Shown here one piece after another: positions 29,715 through 39,389 of a stretch of DNA of 64,000 bases (position 1 is its first letter; every line of letters starts with the position of its first letter). The notes under the pieces are model-generated. The model worked only from the letters and a program-made list of their open reading frames with translations. It searched no databases and had not been told where the DNA came from. The stretch is from an uncultured Gemmatimonadales bacterium (GTDB lineage Bacteria > Gemmatimonadota > Gemmatimonadetes > Gemmatimonadales > GWC2-71-9), in the NCBI GenBank assembly GCA_963828735.1, contig CAWHFW010000005.1, positions 672,001-736,000 of the forward strand, in the 5' to 3' direction. A program made the translations under genes and the position numbers.

Positions 29715-30205
29715 TAGGAGTCGACCAAGCGTTTGCCCATAGCCAGGTGCTTCACTGCCAGCCGGGCTTCGTCGGGCAGCGTGTCGAGAGAAACGCCGTT
29801 GCAGGCGAGCTCGACTTGCGCGCACCACAGCTCGAGCGCGTTGAGAAACTCCTCGGTCGGCGCCGCGAGCCCGGCGGTGACGGGGCGCCGGCGGCTGATG
29901 CGGTCAAGCGTTAGGTGCAGCCGGGCGACCCGCTCCCCGCCCTCTTCCAGCGCGTTCATCTCGCGGGCCGTGATGAAGGGCCGGAGCTCCCTCAGTAAGG
30001 CGCGCTCGATGCTGAATCGCTCGAGGAACCCTTCATTCAGGTAGCGAACCATCGACCACCGATCCCAGAATACCGGATCCGGCATTGTGGCCGGGGGGAG
30101 CAGCCGCCGGACTTCCTCGACCCACGCATCGTGGCTGGGGCTGAGCACGGCACCAAGAGTCTCGTCGACCCGGATGGTGCTGGCGGCTGAGGTGGCGGCG
30201 CACAT
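29714..30205 (-). CDS. Hypothetical helical protein, paralog of 24928..25386
   Basis: TAATG-coupled to the TrkA-C gene; shared motifs. Confidence 0.75.
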   Translation of the reverse strand: MCAATSAASTIRVDETLGAVLSPSHDAWVEEVRRLLPPATMPDPVFWDRWSMVRYLNEGFLERFSIERALLRELRPFITAREMNALEEGGERVARLHLTLDRISRRRPVTAGLAAPTEEFLNALELWCAQVELACNGVSLDTLPDEARLAVKHLAMGKRLVDS

Positions 30206-30345
30206 GACCTGCCTCGCTGTTGGAGCCTGATGCCTCACGTTACGCGCGCTATGCTGAAGGAACGATGAAGCTCCCTGGAAGGGAGCTTGTGCCGAAGGCG
30301 CGACCGACTGCCCACCATGGCCGCGATCTTCACGCGGATCCATGC

Positions 30346-31620
30346 TCAAGGCCAGATCAGCAGTCCTGCCAGCAGGCTCACGGCAAAGGCCAGAAGTCCA
30401 AGGGCAGCGGGCCGCCGGAAGCCAGGGCTACCGAGACCCAGGGCAAGCGCAAGCTTGAGCACCGTGTTCGAGAGCAATCCGATCGCAATGGCGCGGGCAG
30501 CGAGGGGCGCATCTCCCGTTGTGGCTCCGAGCCGCGACATCGAGTAGGTCAAGGCATCCATGTCGGTCAGCCCCAGCACGGCCGCGGAGCCTAACACACC
30601 GGCGGATCCCCAGAAGTGCTCCGCGGTCGGGACGGCGAGCAATACCAGCTGGAAGGCGAGCGCCATCTGAATGGCTGTACCCAGGCGGAGCGGATTACCC
30701 CCCTCCCGTGCCTCCGCGCGGGCGGGGGCGGGCTGGCTCCGGAGCAGAGCGTAGGTCAAGAAGCAGCCAGCGATCACTACGGGGGCAATGACATACGGTA
30801 CGAGCTGCCGAGCCACCGAAGGGTTCAGCACGAACGTCACGGTGAGCACCCGAGGCAACAGCACGGTGCAGGCGGCGATGACCCCGAGCGCGAGTCCCCG
30901 CGCGTACGCAGGTGTGAGGCGACTCTGGCGAGAGAAGCTCAGGGTCACCGCCGTTGACGACACCAGGCCTCCCAACATGCCGGCGATGCCGTAGCCCCGC
31001 TCGGCGCCGATGGCCCGTCGTGCCAGGTAGCCGATGAAGTTGACCCCCGAAAAGATCAGGACCACGGTCCACAGCTCGCGAGGCCGGATCGCGTCGCCCG
31101 GACCGAATGGTCCCGTCGGAAGCAGTGGGAGGATGACTACGGCGAGGACGGCGAAATGAAGAGCCGCCCGGAGCTCGGTCTCGCCTATTCTGCCGATGAA
31201 CTCGCGGATGCGGCTCTTTTCGGCCAGCGCCAAAACCGCCACGGCCGCCACGCCAGCGGCGAGGGTCTCGTATCCCAGTCCGGAGAGACTGCCCGTGCCG
31301 AGGACCAGGAGCGCTGCGGCCTCAGTGGTGCCGTCCCGGTCCGCCGTCTGCGTCGAGGCCAGCACGTAGGCAGCGACAGCCAAAGCCGCGGAGCCGCCCA
31401 CCAGGACCGCAGCCAGCAGGAGGTGGTCCTGCGCGGCGAGCCAGCCGGCGATGCCGCCCACCAACCCGAGCAAGAAGAACGTCCGCGCGCCGGCAAACCG
31501 CGCACGCGCTCCGGAGGCGTGGCCGGACCATTCCCGCTCCACGCCGATCGTGAGCCCTATCAGCCCCGCGACAGCGAGTCGCAGCGGAGGATCGAGATCG
31601 TCCAGCAAAGGGGCCATCAT
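30346..31620 (-). CDS. MgtC/SapB + DUF4010 membrane protein
   Basis: IGVEREW, AGARTF, GTTEAA, GGLVSSTAVT, GLTDMDA. Confidence 0.9.
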   Translation of the reverse strand: MMAPLLDDLDPPLRLAVAGLIGLTIGVEREWSGHASGARARFAGARTFFLLGLVGGIAGWLAAQDHLLLAAVLVGGSAALAVAAYVLASTQTADRDGTTEAAALLVLGTGSLSGLGYETLAAGVAAVAVLALAEKSRIREFIGRIGETELRAALHFAVLAVVILPLLPTGPFGPGDAIRPRELWTVVLIFSGVNFIGYLARRAIGAERGYGIAGMLGGLVSSTAVTLSFSRQSRLTPAYARGLALGVIAACTVLLPRVLTVTFVLNPSVARQLVPYVIAPVVIAGCFLTYALLRSQPAPARAEAREGGNPLRLGTAIQMALAFQLVLLAVPTAEHFWGSAGVLGSAAVLGLTDMDALTYSMSRLGATTGDAPLAARAIAIGLLSNTVLKLALALGLGSPGFRRPAALGLLAFAVSLLAGLLIWP

Positions 31621-31683
31621 GGGCTCTCTCCGTTGCTGCGCCGGTTCCCTGCGTCGCAGGCCACGCCGGCGGCGCTCGGCCTC

Positions 31684-32397
31684 CTATCGGTCTCGCACCA
31701 CGACCGCGTCGAGCCCTCCGCCCGGCTTGTCGATGATCACGACCGTGCTCGCCTGCCCGGCCGACAGCGGGACGGGATCCACGACGAGCAGGGTGTCCCG
31801 CGGCACGTCGGGCGGCACGCCGTTGTCGCGCGCCTCCGTCGCGATCAGCACCTGCCAGTCGCCTGGGTCGCTCTCTACGTAGCCGCTCAGCGTCCGGTAC
31901 GCGAACGGGAACACCAGAGTGAGGAGACCGTCGAAGTCGGGCTGCCGGCGGTATACGTCGATCGGGCCGATCAAGGTGGCGAAGTTGGCCACCTGGAGCT
32001 TGGTCCGGCCGGCGGCCGGCACGCTGCCGGTGTCGGTAAGGACGATCGGGTTCAACACCGTGGACGAGTCGATGACGACGGCGGTGTATTCGTCGTCGGC
32101 CACAACCGAGAGGTGCAGCTCTTTGGGGCTCGCGGCGTCACCCACGGGCCGGAACGCGATCTCGCGCTGCCCTGCCGGCACCGCCACCGGCGAGCTCACC
32201 GCACCGACGGCCAGCCGGTGGATGACCACGTTGCCGTCCACCAGCACGTCGATCGTGGCGGTGCTTTCGGCGGCCTGGATCACCCGGAGCGTTCCCGCAG
32301 GCCCGGTCGGACCGGTGTCGCCGCTGTCACCCGAGCAGCCGGCACCCGTCAGGAGGGCAATCCCCATCAGCAGACGGACGCAGGTCGCCTTTTGCAT
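31684..32397 (-). CDS. DUF4397 lipoprotein
   Basis: Lipobox GAGC; LRVIQA, IDVLVDG; GGAG RBS. Confidence 0.75.
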   Translation of the reverse strand: MQKATCVRLLMGIALLTGAGCSGDSGDTGPTGPAGTLRVIQAAESTATIDVLVDGNVVIHRLAVGAVSSPVAVPAGQREIAFRPVGDAASPKELHLSVVADDEYTAVVIDSSTVLNPIVLTDTGSVPAAGRTKLQVANFATLIGPIDVYRRQPDFDGLLTLVFPFAYRTLSGYVESDPGDWQVLIATEARDNGVPPDVPRDTLLVVDPVPLSAGQASTVVIIDKPGGGLDAVVVRDR

Positions 32398-32670
32398 GGT
32401 CTCCTCCCGCGGTGCGGTTCCACGCGATAACGGATGGGACGTTCAACGCAGTAAAGATCGAGCCACACACTCAGCCGGCGACTCCGGCTCGATCCTGCAC
32501 CAGGCCGACGATCAGCTGCTCAGGCACGTACACCGCTCGTGTCCAAGCAGGATAGGCGGGACGCTGCGAGCGATGAATGAAGCCCGCGTGAAGAAGCTTT
32601 CAGGTGGCCTTCGTCCTCCCTTCAGCCGACGTCTCCGAGTTTGTCTCATTGAACAGAATCGGAGGTATCC

Positions 32671-33393
32671 ATGCGCGCGCACCCTCGACATCTCACGACC
32701 GGAGTCGCACTCCTGGCGCTTTCCTACCTCGGCTACGCCGCCACGACCTGGCGCCGCTACGGTCGCAACGGGGTGCGGCCTCACCCGGCCGACGATTCGC
32801 CGCTCGACCGCTTCATGCCGGACTGCGAGGTCGCCGAGCGCCACGAGATCGTGGTCGCCGCACCGGCCGAGCTCACCATGGCCGCCGCCCGCGAGATGGA
32901 CATCTTCCACTCGCCGCTGGTGCGCGCCGTGTTCGCCGTCCGCACCCTTCCCGGGCGGCTCCGCGGGGCCGTCGCACGCAAGCCGACGCCGCTCCTCTCC
33001 GAGGCCCTGGCGCTCGGCTGGCGCGTCCTCGCCGACGAGCCGGGCCGAGCGATCGTGGTGGGCGCGGTCGCCCAGCCGTGGCGCGCCAACGTGACATTCC
33101 GCGGGGTCGAGCCGGAGGCGTTCGCTGGCTTCGACGAGCCGGGCTACGCCAAGATCGCCTGGACGTTCGAAGCCATCCCGCTGGGCCCCACGGCCTCGCG
33201 CTTTCGCACGGAGACCCGCGTCGCCACGACCGACGCGCGTTCCCGGGCGCTCTTCCGCCGGTATTGGGCGCTGTTCTCGCCGGGCATCCTGCTCATCCGG
33301 CGCGCGTCCCTCGGCCTGGTGAAGGCCGACGCCGAGCGGCGGTTCCGGGCCGCGGGTCCGGTCGCGGGGCAACTCGTCGCGCAGCATTCCTGA
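32671..33393 (+). CDS. Hypothetical protein (DUF2867-like)
   Basis: GGAGG RBS; LDRFMP, EPGYAKIAW, TETRV, FRRYW. Confidence 0.78.
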   Translation: MRAHPRHLTTGVALLALSYLGYAATTWRRYGRNGVRPHPADDSPLDRFMPDCEVAERHEIVVAAPAELTMAAAREMDIFHSPLVRAVFAVRTLPGRLRGAVARKPTPLLSEALALGWRVLADEPGRAIVVGAVAQPWRANVTFRGVEPEAFAGFDEPGYAKIAWTFEAIPLGPTASRFRTETRVATTDARSRALFRRYWALFSPGILLIRRASLGLVKADAERRFRAAGPVAGQLVAQHS

Positions 33394-33407
33394 GGGAGGA
33401 AACGACC

Positions 33408-33968
33408 GTGTCGAGCATCTTGATCGTCTACGGCAGCACCTACGGGCAGACCGAGCGCATCGCCTGCCGGATCGCCGAGCTCCTGCGCGAGGCGGACTAC
33501 ACGGTGGACATGCACCGCGGAGACCAGCCGCCGGACCCGTTGACGTTGGGAACCTACGCCAGCGTCGTCGTCGCGGCGTCGGTGCTGAAGGGCCATCACC
33601 AGGGCTACATTCGCGAGTTCGTGAGCCGCCACGCGCACCGTCTCAACCGGCTGCCCACGGCGTTCGTCTCGGTGTGCGGCGCCGCGCGGGGGGATCCGCT
33701 GACCGCCGAGGCCTACGTGGATGCGCTGCTCCGCGAGTCGGGCTGGCAGCCCACCATCGCCCGGTCATTCACGGGGGCGGTGGCGTACACGAAGTACCCG
33801 TGGTTGCTCCGCTGGGTCATGAAACGGATCAGCCGCCAGAAGGGGCTGCCAACGGATACCTCGCGGGACTGGGACCTCACGGAGTGGGACCAGGTGGACC
33901 GCTTTGGGCGAGCGCTCGCAGCCAGGTTCGCCGTGGGCCCCGCCGCGCCCGTGATGCGGGCCAGCTGA
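33408..33968 (+). CDS. hemG: Flavodoxin-domain protein, HemG-like (menaquinone-dependent protoporphyrinogen oxidase)
   Basis: YGSTYGQT, AFVSV, GAVAYTKY, TEWDQV; GGAGG RBS. Confidence 0.8.
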   Translation: MSSILIVYGSTYGQTERIACRIAELLREADYTVDMHRGDQPPDPLTLGTYASVVVAASVLKGHHQGYIREFVSRHAHRLNRLPTAFVSVCGAARGDPLTAEAYVDALLRESGWQPTIARSFTGAVAYTKYPWLLRWVMKRISRQKGLPTDTSRDWDLTEWDQVDRFGRALAARFAVGPAAPVMRAS

Positions 33969-33992
33969 TCAGCCGTGACGCGGGCCAGCTGA
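33949..33992 (+). repeat. 20-bp near-perfect direct repeat duplicating the hemG 3' end
   Basis: ccgtgatgcgggccagctga (33949-33968) and ccgtgacgcgggccagctga (33973-33992). Confidence 0.85.
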
Positions 33993-34107
33993 AGGGGCGC
34001 ACGAGCAGGGGCGGGACGTCGAGGTGCCGGATCAAATGATCCGCCGCGCCCGCACCTCGTCACCGTCATCCGCCCCATGCAGTGGAGTTCGACCACCTCC
34101 AGCGACC

Positions 34108-34572
34108 TTAACCACCGGCGCGTGCATCGGAGGTGCGCCCGGACGCCAACACCTCCTCGAGCTGCCGGACGATGTCGGTCCACCCCTCCCGGTGCGATTT
34201 GAAGCTCGCCTGCGGCAGGCGTTGGTGCGTCAGGACCAGCTCGGTGCCGGAGCCTCGTGCCAGGAACTCGATGGTGACGATGGTGGGCAGGAGGTCGGTG
34301 GCCTGCGAGATCCAGGTGAACGAGAGCAGTGACGGCGGCTCGATGGCCAGGTACTCGCCCCGATGCTCGTAGTCCTTCTCCGAATGCATCACGATGCGGA
34401 ACTTGCCGCCGATCCGCGGATCGACGTCGACCGTCGCCCTGGACGTGCCGCCCGGACGCATCCACTGCGCCAGACTGGCTCCGTCGAGCCAGGCGGCGAA
34501 CACCTGCTCGCGCGGAAAGGGGATCTGGCGCCGCACCACCAGTACCTCTGCCGCATCGTCCGTCGTGGTCAT
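34108..34572 (-). CDS. SRPBCC/AHSA1 domain protein
   Basis: VFAAW, DPRIGGKFRI, LSFTW, HREGW; ATGA-coupled to ArsR. Confidence 0.88.
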   Translation of the reverse strand: MTTTDDAAEVLVVRRQIPFPREQVFAAWLDGASLAQWMRPGGTSRATVDVDPRIGGKFRIVMHSEKDYEHRGEYLAIEPPSLLSFTWISQATDLLPTIVTIEFLARGSGTELVLTHQRLPQASFKSHREGWTDIVRQLEEVLASGRTSDARAGG

Positions 34573-34955
34573 CTGCCACCCTTTCCAGTCTGTCGCCTCG
34601 GCTGTCCCCGCCCTGACGTGGTCGACCGCTGTTGTTTCGCGAGGAACGCCTCCAGCCCGTCCAGCCTCGTCTCCCAGAACGCGCGGTAATGCTCGAGCCA
34701 GCCCGCCGCAGCGCGCAGCGGTACAGGATTGAGCTTGAGGCGGTGCTCGCGCCCGTGGATCGCGCGATCGACGAGCCCCGCCCGCTCCAGGACCTTCACG
34801 TGCTTCGAGACGCCGTTGAACGAGATGGGGAAGCGATCGGCGAGGGCGCCGACGGTCGCTTCGCCACCGGCAAGGACGGCGAGGATGGCGCGACGGGTCG
34901 GGTCGGCGATCGCGCCGTAGACCTGATCCAACAGCGGCTCGGCGGGCTGGGCCAT
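34569..34955 (-). CDS. ArsR/SmtB family transcriptional regulator
   Basis: AIADPTRRAIL, VSKHVKVLERAGLV, FWETRLDGL. Confidence 0.92.
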   Translation of the reverse strand: MAQPAEPLLDQVYGAIADPTRRAILAVLAGGEATVGALADRFPISFNGVSKHVKVLERAGLVDRAIHGREHRLKLNPVPLRAAAGWLEHYRAFWETRLDGLEAFLAKQQRSTTSGRGQPRRQTGKGGR

Positions 34956-34963
34956 GGCTTGCA

Positions 34964-35010
34964 TTCAACCGTTTGGTAGAATAATATACCTTCAACCGAC
35001 TGGTAGAATA
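34964..35010. promoter_or_regulatory. Tandem palindromic operator (probable ArsR sites)
   Basis: TTCAACC-N4-GGTAGAATA at 34964-34983 and 34991-35010, between divergent arsR and DUF899. Confidence 0.8.
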
Positions 35011-35094
35011 TCGCCTCGTCGCGGAGATCGCGCCAGTCGGAGCATCCGACGTCGACCTGCACGGGCCGCCGCCGAGCGGCCGGAGGGAAGTCCC

Positions 35095-35826
35095 ATGGCA
35101 AGCGTCACCAGCAGCACCGTCAACGATCATCCGGTGGTACCGCACGAGGGGTGGCTCGCCGCGCGCAAGGCGCTCCTTCTCAAGGAGAAGGAGCTGACCC
35201 GCCTCCGGGACGAGCTGAGCCGGGAGCGCCGCGCGCTTCCCTGGGAGCGCGTCGAGAAGCCGTATCTCTTCGATGGGCCCAGCGGCCAGGAGACGCTGGC
35301 CGATCTCTTCGAGGGCCGAAGCCAGCTGGTGGTCTATCACTTCATGTTCGCCCCCGACTGGGAGGAGGGCTGCCCCGGCTGCTCCTTCTGGGCCGACAGC
35401 TTCGACGGTCTCGGGGTTCACCTGCGCCACCGCGATGTGACCTTCGCCGCGATTTCCCGCGCACCGCTCGCCAAGATCGACCCGTTCAAGCGGCGGATGG
35501 GGTGGAGCTTCAAGTGGGTCTCGTCGGGCGGAAACGACTTCAACTACGACTATCACGTGTCGTTCAGGCCGGAAACGCTCGACGGCGGAGGCGCGGTGTA
35601 CAACTACGCGAAGTCGGCCACGAAGGCGTCGGATCTCCCGGGGGTGAGCGTGTTCTACCGGGACGAGTCGGGCGACATCTACCACACGTACTCCGCGTAC
35701 GCCCGCGGGATCGACGCGGTGAACGCCGCCTACCAGTACCTCGACCTGGTCCCCAAGGGACGTGACGAGGACGCGCTGGCGTCCCCCAACGCCTGGTGGC
35801 GGCACCATGACCGCTACGACGGCTGA
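35095..35826 (+). CDS. DUF899 thioredoxin-like protein
   Basis: KEKELTR, YHFMF, CPGCS, LDLVPKGRDE, WRHHDRY. Confidence 0.92.
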   Translation: MASVTSSTVNDHPVVPHEGWLAARKALLLKEKELTRLRDELSRERRALPWERVEKPYLFDGPSGQETLADLFEGRSQLVVYHFMFAPDWEEGCPGCSFWADSFDGLGVHLRHRDVTFAAISRAPLAKIDPFKRRMGWSFKWVSSGGNDFNYDYHVSFRPETLDGGGAVYNYAKSATKASDLPGVSVFYRDESGDIYHTYSAYARGIDAVNAAYQYLDLVPKGRDEDALASPNAWWRHHDRYDG

Positions 35827-36589
35827 CTCGGCGCGAGGGCCCGGCGGCATTCGATCCGCCGGGCCCTCGGGATGGGCCGCCGATCGGGCGTTCATCGGAG
35901 GCAGCGCCCTGCTGTTTGCCGCATGCACTGTGGCGACGGTCCGCTCGTGCTGGTCGACCTCGCCGCGCATGCCGATGCCGGGTGATTCGCTCAGAGAGGC
36001 GGTCGCCTTCGTGGGCGCGTGGGCGGTCATGATGGTCGCGATGATGCTGCCGTCGTTCCTGCCGGCGCTCCTGGGCTACCGGCGCGAGCTTCGTGAGGCG
36101 GACGCGCGCTCGGTGGCCACGCAGACGGTGCTCGCCGGGGTCGGATACTTCCTGGTGTGGACCAGCGCCGGGGCGATCGTGTATCTCCTCAGCGTTGGGG
36201 TCATGACGGCGGAGATACGGTGGCCCGCCCTGGGATCGTCAGTGCCCTGGTCCGGTGGGGTGGTCTTCCTGGTCGCGGGTGCGGTTCAGCTCACGGCGTG
36301 GAAGGCGCGGCAACTGGAGCGCTGTCGGATGGGGCTGCGCTGCGGACGGGTGCTCTCGGGGAACAGGTGGAACGCCTGGCGGGATGGCGTGCGCTTCGGG
36401 GTGCACTGCTGTCTGTGCTGCGCGGGGTTCATGTTGGCGCTGCTGGTATCCGGAATGATGGACCTCGGCGGCGTCGCGGGAATCGCTGCCCTCATCACTC
36501 TCGAGCGTGTTGCGAGGAGGCCGGAACGTGCGGCGCGAGCCGCCGGCATCGTTCTCCTTGCCACGGCGGCACTACGGATTCACCAGTAG
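35807..36589 (+). CDS. DUF2182 metal-binding membrane protein
   Basis: MMVAMMLPS, QLTAWK, HCCLCC; start uncertain. Confidence 0.82.
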   Translation: MTATTADSARGPGGIRSAGPSGWAADRAFIGGSALLFAACTVATVRSCWSTSPRMPMPGDSLREAVAFVGAWAVMMVAMMLPSFLPALLGYRRELREADARSVATQTVLAGVGYFLVWTSAGAIVYLLSVGVMTAEIRWPALGSSVPWSGGVVFLVAGAVQLTAWKARQLERCRMGLRCGRVLSGNRWNAWRDGVRFGVHCCLCCAGFMLALLVSGMMDLGGVAGIAALITLERVARRPERAARAAGIVLLATAALRIHQ

Positions 36590-36675
36590 GGAGGTTCACA
36601 GAGAATATTCCGCGCGGGCCCCTCGAGAGCCGACGCGCTGACGTCGCGGTAGGACCGTCAGTCAGAATGGAACCG

Positions 36676-37722
36676 CTAGTTGGTGGCCACCGGACTCCAG
36701 GTCGAGTCCGGATTGTACTTCTCCATGGCGCGGAAACTTTCGAGGGTTTCGGGACCGAGGTCCTGCTCGTATACGGTGCCCTCGTGACTCACGATGAAGG
36801 TCTTCACGCCGGTCACCCGGTACTCCGCCGGCGCGGCGGCCAAGGCGAAGCCGCCGATCATCAGCCCCTTCACCAGGAAGTTCATCTCCCCCAGCGGCGC
36901 CGCGGGCCCCTGCCCTTTCAGCACCTTGAAGTAGTAGCCATGGTAGGGGTTGGAGCGATCGGTGTAGCCCTCCGCGATCACCCGGGCGATCGCTTCTCCG
37001 ACCGGCCCTCCCCAGGTGCCGTCCGGGTTGCGCCACGCCAGGCCGTCCTGTTTGCCCGGTGTGCTGATGATGCGCTGGGCGTACTGATTGATGCTCGCGC
37101 CGTCGTGCCTCGTCAGGGCGTACGCACGCTCGGCCTCGACGAAGCCGCGGCACACGTCGATGGCATCGAGCTCGTTTTCGCCGACACGGCGGACCAGCAT
37201 CTCGCGCGCGCCGGCCTCGGCATCGAAGCGCCAGCGGCCGTTCTCCTTCACGAGCGGGATGGGGAGCGGCCAGCCGGTCGCCCCGACCGAGACGGTGGCG
37301 GTCTTCCCCGACGAATGGAGCTCGATCTTTTCCTTCTCCTTGGCCTGCGCTACAAAGTCGGCGGCGTGCTTGCGGTCCGCCACCGAATCCCGTGACAGCA
37401 CGAGCGGCTTGCCCTCGCTCCCGAGGATCTCCACGAGCGCCGGCCGGTCGAAGCGCTCGGCAGCCTCAACGAGTGCGGCCACGGCCTCCTTGGGGGAGCC
37501 GAACCGACGCTGCTCGACGGGTGCCGTGGTGTCTTCGCGCGCCGCCGTGGTGTCTTCGTGCGCTCCCGCCGTGTCTTCGCGCGCTGCCGAGGTGGCTCCG
37601 CGCGCTGCCTCGCGGCCGCAGGCACCCGTGAAGACGGACACCACGACCAGCCCCACCCATGCGGCGCGTCCCCGAGTGGACGACGGTGGCCGCTTGCGCG
37701 CGATTCGGGTCATTGCACTCAT
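36676..37722 (-). CDS. DUF2950 family lipoprotein
   Basis: WPLPIPLVK, RRVGENEL, PYHGYYFK, YRVTGVKTF. Confidence 0.9.
   Translation of the reverse strand: MSAMTRIARKRPPSSTRGRAAWVGLVVVSVFTGACGREAARGATSAAREDTAGAHEDTTAAREDTTAPVEQRRFGSPKEAVAALVEAAERFDRPALVEILGSEGKPLVLSRDSVADRKHAADFVAQAKEKEKIELHSSGKTATVSVGATGWPLPIPLVKENGRWRFDAEAGAREMLVRRVGENELDAIDVCRGFVEAERAYALTRHDGASINQYAQRIISTPGKQDGLAWRNPDGTWGGPVGEAIARVIAEGYTDRSNPYHGYYFKVLKGQGPAAPLGEMNFLVKGLMIGGFALAAAPAEYRVTGVKTFIVSHEGTVYEQDLGPETLESFRAMEKYNPDSTWSPVATN
37523..37585. repeat. Three 21-bp in-frame tandem repeats in DUF2950
   Basis: Units encode AREDTAG / AHEDTTA / AREDTTA. Confidence 0.85.
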
Positions 37723-39044
37723 CTCCGGCGTCCGCCTCCACCCCCGCCTCCGCCGCGCGAGTATCCCCCGCCGCCCATGCTCGACGAACCCCGCGAGCTG
37801 CTCGCGCGCGCGCTCCCTCCATCGTAGCCGCGGCTGCCACCACTGAACCCGCTGTTGCCCGCGGACCTGCCGGCATCGCGGGGGATTTCGCGGTTGCCGA
37901 TGGGGTCACTGCCGGCGGACCTGCCCGCGCCGGCACCCGCGGACCGGTCGCTGGCACCGGCGCTACGCTGCCCCTGCCCGGCGGCCGACCGATCGCTCAC
38001 GCCCGCGCCTGCACCCGCGCCCGCGCCGCGCTGTCCTTGGCCGCCAACGCCCGACTGGCCAGCACCGGCGGCGCGCTGCTGCCCCTGTCCGCCGCGGGTC
38101 GATCCACCGTATTTGTTGGCCGTCCGCGTGTCGGCATACGGCGCCCCGCCGCGATGCTGGGGGTTGTGCTGCCAGTTGCCGCCCCGGTTGCCGCTGTTGT
38201 AGTGATTCACCCGGTTGAAGTTGTTGTTGACGTTGATGTTGACGTTGCCATGCCCCCAGCCGGCATGACAGCACGACCCGCCCCACATCGCGGCGCCCCA
38301 CATCATGCCGACACCGAACGAAATGAACGCGGCCCCGGGGGGATAGTACGGATAGTAGATCGGCGGATACGGATAGATCGGTGCGCCGTAGACGACCGTC
38401 GGACTGTAGGACGGGACGTAGATGACTTCGGGGTTCTGAGACTCGATGACGACGACTTCCTTCTTCTCCACCACCTTGGTCTCGACCTTCTGTTGCTCGT
38501 TGGTTTCCAGCGTCCCCTTGTCCTTCGCCTTCTTGCGCATCCGCTGGACGGCGGTCATCACGTCGGCCTGCTGCGCGAGGAAGGCGTTGCCGAGGTCGGT
38601 GGTCCACTGGATGTCGTCCGCGAGCCGCTTGACGAGGTCGGGTATCGCGGCCATCGACTGGATGCTCGGGTCCCACGGCTGCTTGGCGACCGAGTCGGCC
38701 AAGGCCTGGTCCTTGAGCTTCGGATTCTTGGCGAGCCACTGCTGCAGCTGGACGATCTCGAGCGGATAGGTGGCGGCGACCAGGGTCTGGGCCAGGAGCT
38801 CATCGGGGTAGAGGGCGATCGGCGCCACCAGCGCGTCGAGCTGGTCGGGTGTGCGCTGAATGGTATCCGCGGTTGCTGCAGCCTTGGCTTTCTGGGCCGA
38901 ATCCGTCGCCGGGGCCGGGGCCTTCTTGGCCGTGTCCTGGGAGACGGCGGTCGGCGCGCCGGCCAGCAGGTACCACGCACCGGAGGCGCAAAGCAACGCC
39001 CACCGCACGTGCGTGAGCAGGCGGAGGTGCCGCGATGCCATCAT
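37719..39044 (-). CDS. DUF3300 domain protein with Gly-rich tail
   Basis: LVAPIALYPDELL, WDPS, LGNAFLAQ, IYVPSY, WQHNPQHR. Confidence 0.92.
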   Translation of the reverse strand: MMASRHLRLLTHVRWALLCASGAWYLLAGAPTAVSQDTAKKAPAPATDSAQKAKAAATADTIQRTPDQLDALVAPIALYPDELLAQTLVAATYPLEIVQLQQWLAKNPKLKDQALADSVAKQPWDPSIQSMAAIPDLVKRLADDIQWTTDLGNAFLAQQADVMTAVQRMRKKAKDKGTLETNEQQKVETKVVEKKEVVVIESQNPEVIYVPSYSPTVVYGAPIYPYPPIYYPYYPPGAAFISFGVGMMWGAAMWGGSCCHAGWGHGNVNINVNNNFNRVNHYNSGNRGGNWQHNPQHRGGAPYADTRTANKYGGSTRGGQGQQRAAGAGQSGVGGQGQRGAGAGAGAGVSDRSAAGQGQRSAGASDRSAGAGAGRSAGSDPIGNREIPRDAGRSAGNSGFSGGSRGYDGGSARASSSRGSSSMGGGGYSRGGGGGGGGRRR

Positions 39045-39389
39045 GGCCGGAAGCTCATCATACGCCCGAAAGGTGAGATCAAGGCTCCAATCTAGGGATC
39101 GAGGATGGCGGGGCCGCTGGACCTAAGTCTAGGAAGGCGGACGGTGCGGATGGAAACGGCTCGGCGACGGCAAGTCGTTCGTGTTCGTAGGGTTATTGGG
39201 CCAAACATCGGCCGCGCCTGATTGCCGTTTGAAAGGGGCGGGCGTCCGGATGCGCGCGCGAAGCCTTCGCTGAGGGAGAGCGCCGCCGTGCCTGGCCGTG
39301 AGGTGGCTGCTGTTTGGATTCGGGTTGGACTGTGTGCGCCGAGAGTGAGGAGGACTGCGCCAGGTACTGCTAGGCGCGCCCGATCAAGG

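Noticed and set aside
34108..36030. 640-aa minus-strand ORF as a large fusion protein
   Set aside because: Only the last 154 aa (SRPBCC) look real; the rest overlaps arsR and is antisense to DUF899.
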